Shown: one piece after another, positions 62,574 through 64,000 of the stretch
How the letters are laid out: each line of letters starts with the position of its first letter
How positions within the stretch are numbered: the first letter of the stretch is position 1
Assembly: GCF_006345805.1 (NCBI RefSeq)
Contig: NC_043004.1
Span: 1 to 64,000 of the forward strand
Length of the DNA: 64,000 nucleotides
Source of the DNA: Octopus sinensis
Taxonomy: Eukaryota
Direction: 5' to 3'
Made by a program: the position numbers and the translations under genes
The notes under the pieces: generated by a model
What the model saw: only the letters and a program-made list of their open reading frames with translations
Told to the model about the DNA's origin: nothing
The model's database searches: none

Positions 62574-64000
62574 AATCTCTGAGCGATATATATATATATA
62601 TATATAATATATATATATAACTAGGAAGATCTTTATAATGTCCATATACGGACGAACGGATACACGGATAGATGGACGTACAGGTAGATATACAGATGGA
62701 TGGATGGATAAATGGATGGGTGGAGGGAGGGAGGAAGGGGGAAGGAGGAAGGGATGACGGATAAAATAAACGGATGGATTAAAGAATGGCTAATTATATA
62801 GTCTGATGAAAATGTTTCAAGAGACACTAAGCAGGCGACGACTGAACGTACAGTAAAACGAATGGAAAGACTGTTGCTGTTGTTGTTCAGCTGCATGTCA
62901 GTTCTAATCAATCATTGGGATTCTGACCATGACCATCCAGTCTAATTAGTGTACCTTGCACTAATGCTGAGCAAGACTCCACAGTGTACATAACATAATA
63001 ACATCATCTCAAAATAAAGGATAAACTGGACGATGTGAATACTACCGAAGTGCTCATAAATATTTACTGTGGTCTTATTGTTTTGGTTAATGTTTGAACC
63101 CAGGTCAGCTGTGACCCAGAGGACACCTACCTCTTATCTTTTACTTGTTTCAGTCATTAGACTGCGGCCATGCTGGGGCTCCGCCTCGAAAACTTTAAGT
63201 AGAACGAATCGACCCGAGTACTTATTTTATGTTTTTCTTTTTAAACCTGGTACATATTTATCGGTCTTTCATTGCCAACTGCTAAGTTACGGGGCTATAA
63301 ACACACAAACACTGGTTGTCAAGCGGTGTTGGGGACAAACACACACACACACACTCATACACACACATGATCAAAGGGTTTTCATTTTAAAGCATCGTGT
63401 ATACCCGTCTACATTATTTTATCGTCCCTTTGAGGAAAGCTTGGTTGCGATCTATACAGTTCGAGTGGCCATATTGAGCTTCCCTCTTTATTCGATTTCA
63501 TAACAAATTTATAGAAATGCTATCATTAATTGTCAAGAGGTGCTGTCACTTCTCATCTGCGAGAAACGAGCTACAAAATCCCAAGTAGTAACCAATTCCT
63601 TACAAACTATTCCGATACCGCATCAAAGTCGATCACTCACGTTCTGGATATTTAGAATTTTTAGTCTATCGATTATATTATTTCTATCAAGCAGAGACCC
63701 GGCAGAATCGTTAGCACGTTGGCCAAGCTGTATTTCTTCCATTTGTTCCGGCCCTTTACATACCGTGTTCAAATCCCGTCGACGTCGACTTTGCCTTTCA
63801 TCCTTTCGAGGTTGGTAAAATATAGTATTAGTTAAGAAACCCCACCCCTTAAAATTGCAGACCTTGTGTCAAAATTTGAAAGAATTGCACGATTAATCCT
63901 GCATCTACCACATTTAGAGTTTATTTGGTATAGAAAGAAAACATTTAGATCAGTGGTTCGCAATCTTTTTAATATCCGGGTCAGATCCCGAACTTGGATA

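Overview
Eukaryotic, AT-rich, repeat-saturated genomic DNA. The dense (TA)n, (ATAC)n, (GATA)n and (ATT)n microsatellites and the recurring tRNA-derived SINE families suggest a coleoid cephalopod, probably Octopus; this is an inference from recognition and was not checked by search. Almost all ORFs in the supplied track are microsatellite artefacts. One host gene is supported: the 3' part of a vestigial / vestigial-like (VGLL, TEAD/Scalloped cofactor) gene on the minus strand. It has a 552-nt phase-1/phase-1 exon (32500-31949) and a 50-nt terminal coding exon (20892-20843, ...GVENPVSDTGKDMYWY*) that the ORF track misses. I did not find the exon carrying the core Tondu motif in the remaining 31.5 kb upstream. 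The rest is mobile DNA: an R4/Dong-like RLE non-LTR retrotransposon sitting in (TAA)n, RTE-like and Tx1-like LINE ends, a Penelope GIY-YIG relic, Tc1, maT (DD37D), DD41D and mariner relics, hAT MITEs, a Helentron-type non-autonomous element, several palindromic foldback elements and dozens of SINE copies. The most unusual signal is a set of minimal type-I hammerhead-ribozyme-like motifs of the Penelope/retrozyme kind with palindromic helix III. Two same-orientation copies bracket the large vestigial exon on the antisense strand. No CRISPR arrays, rRNA genes or intact tRNA genes were seen. All alignments and folds were done by eye, so repeat boundaries are approximate.
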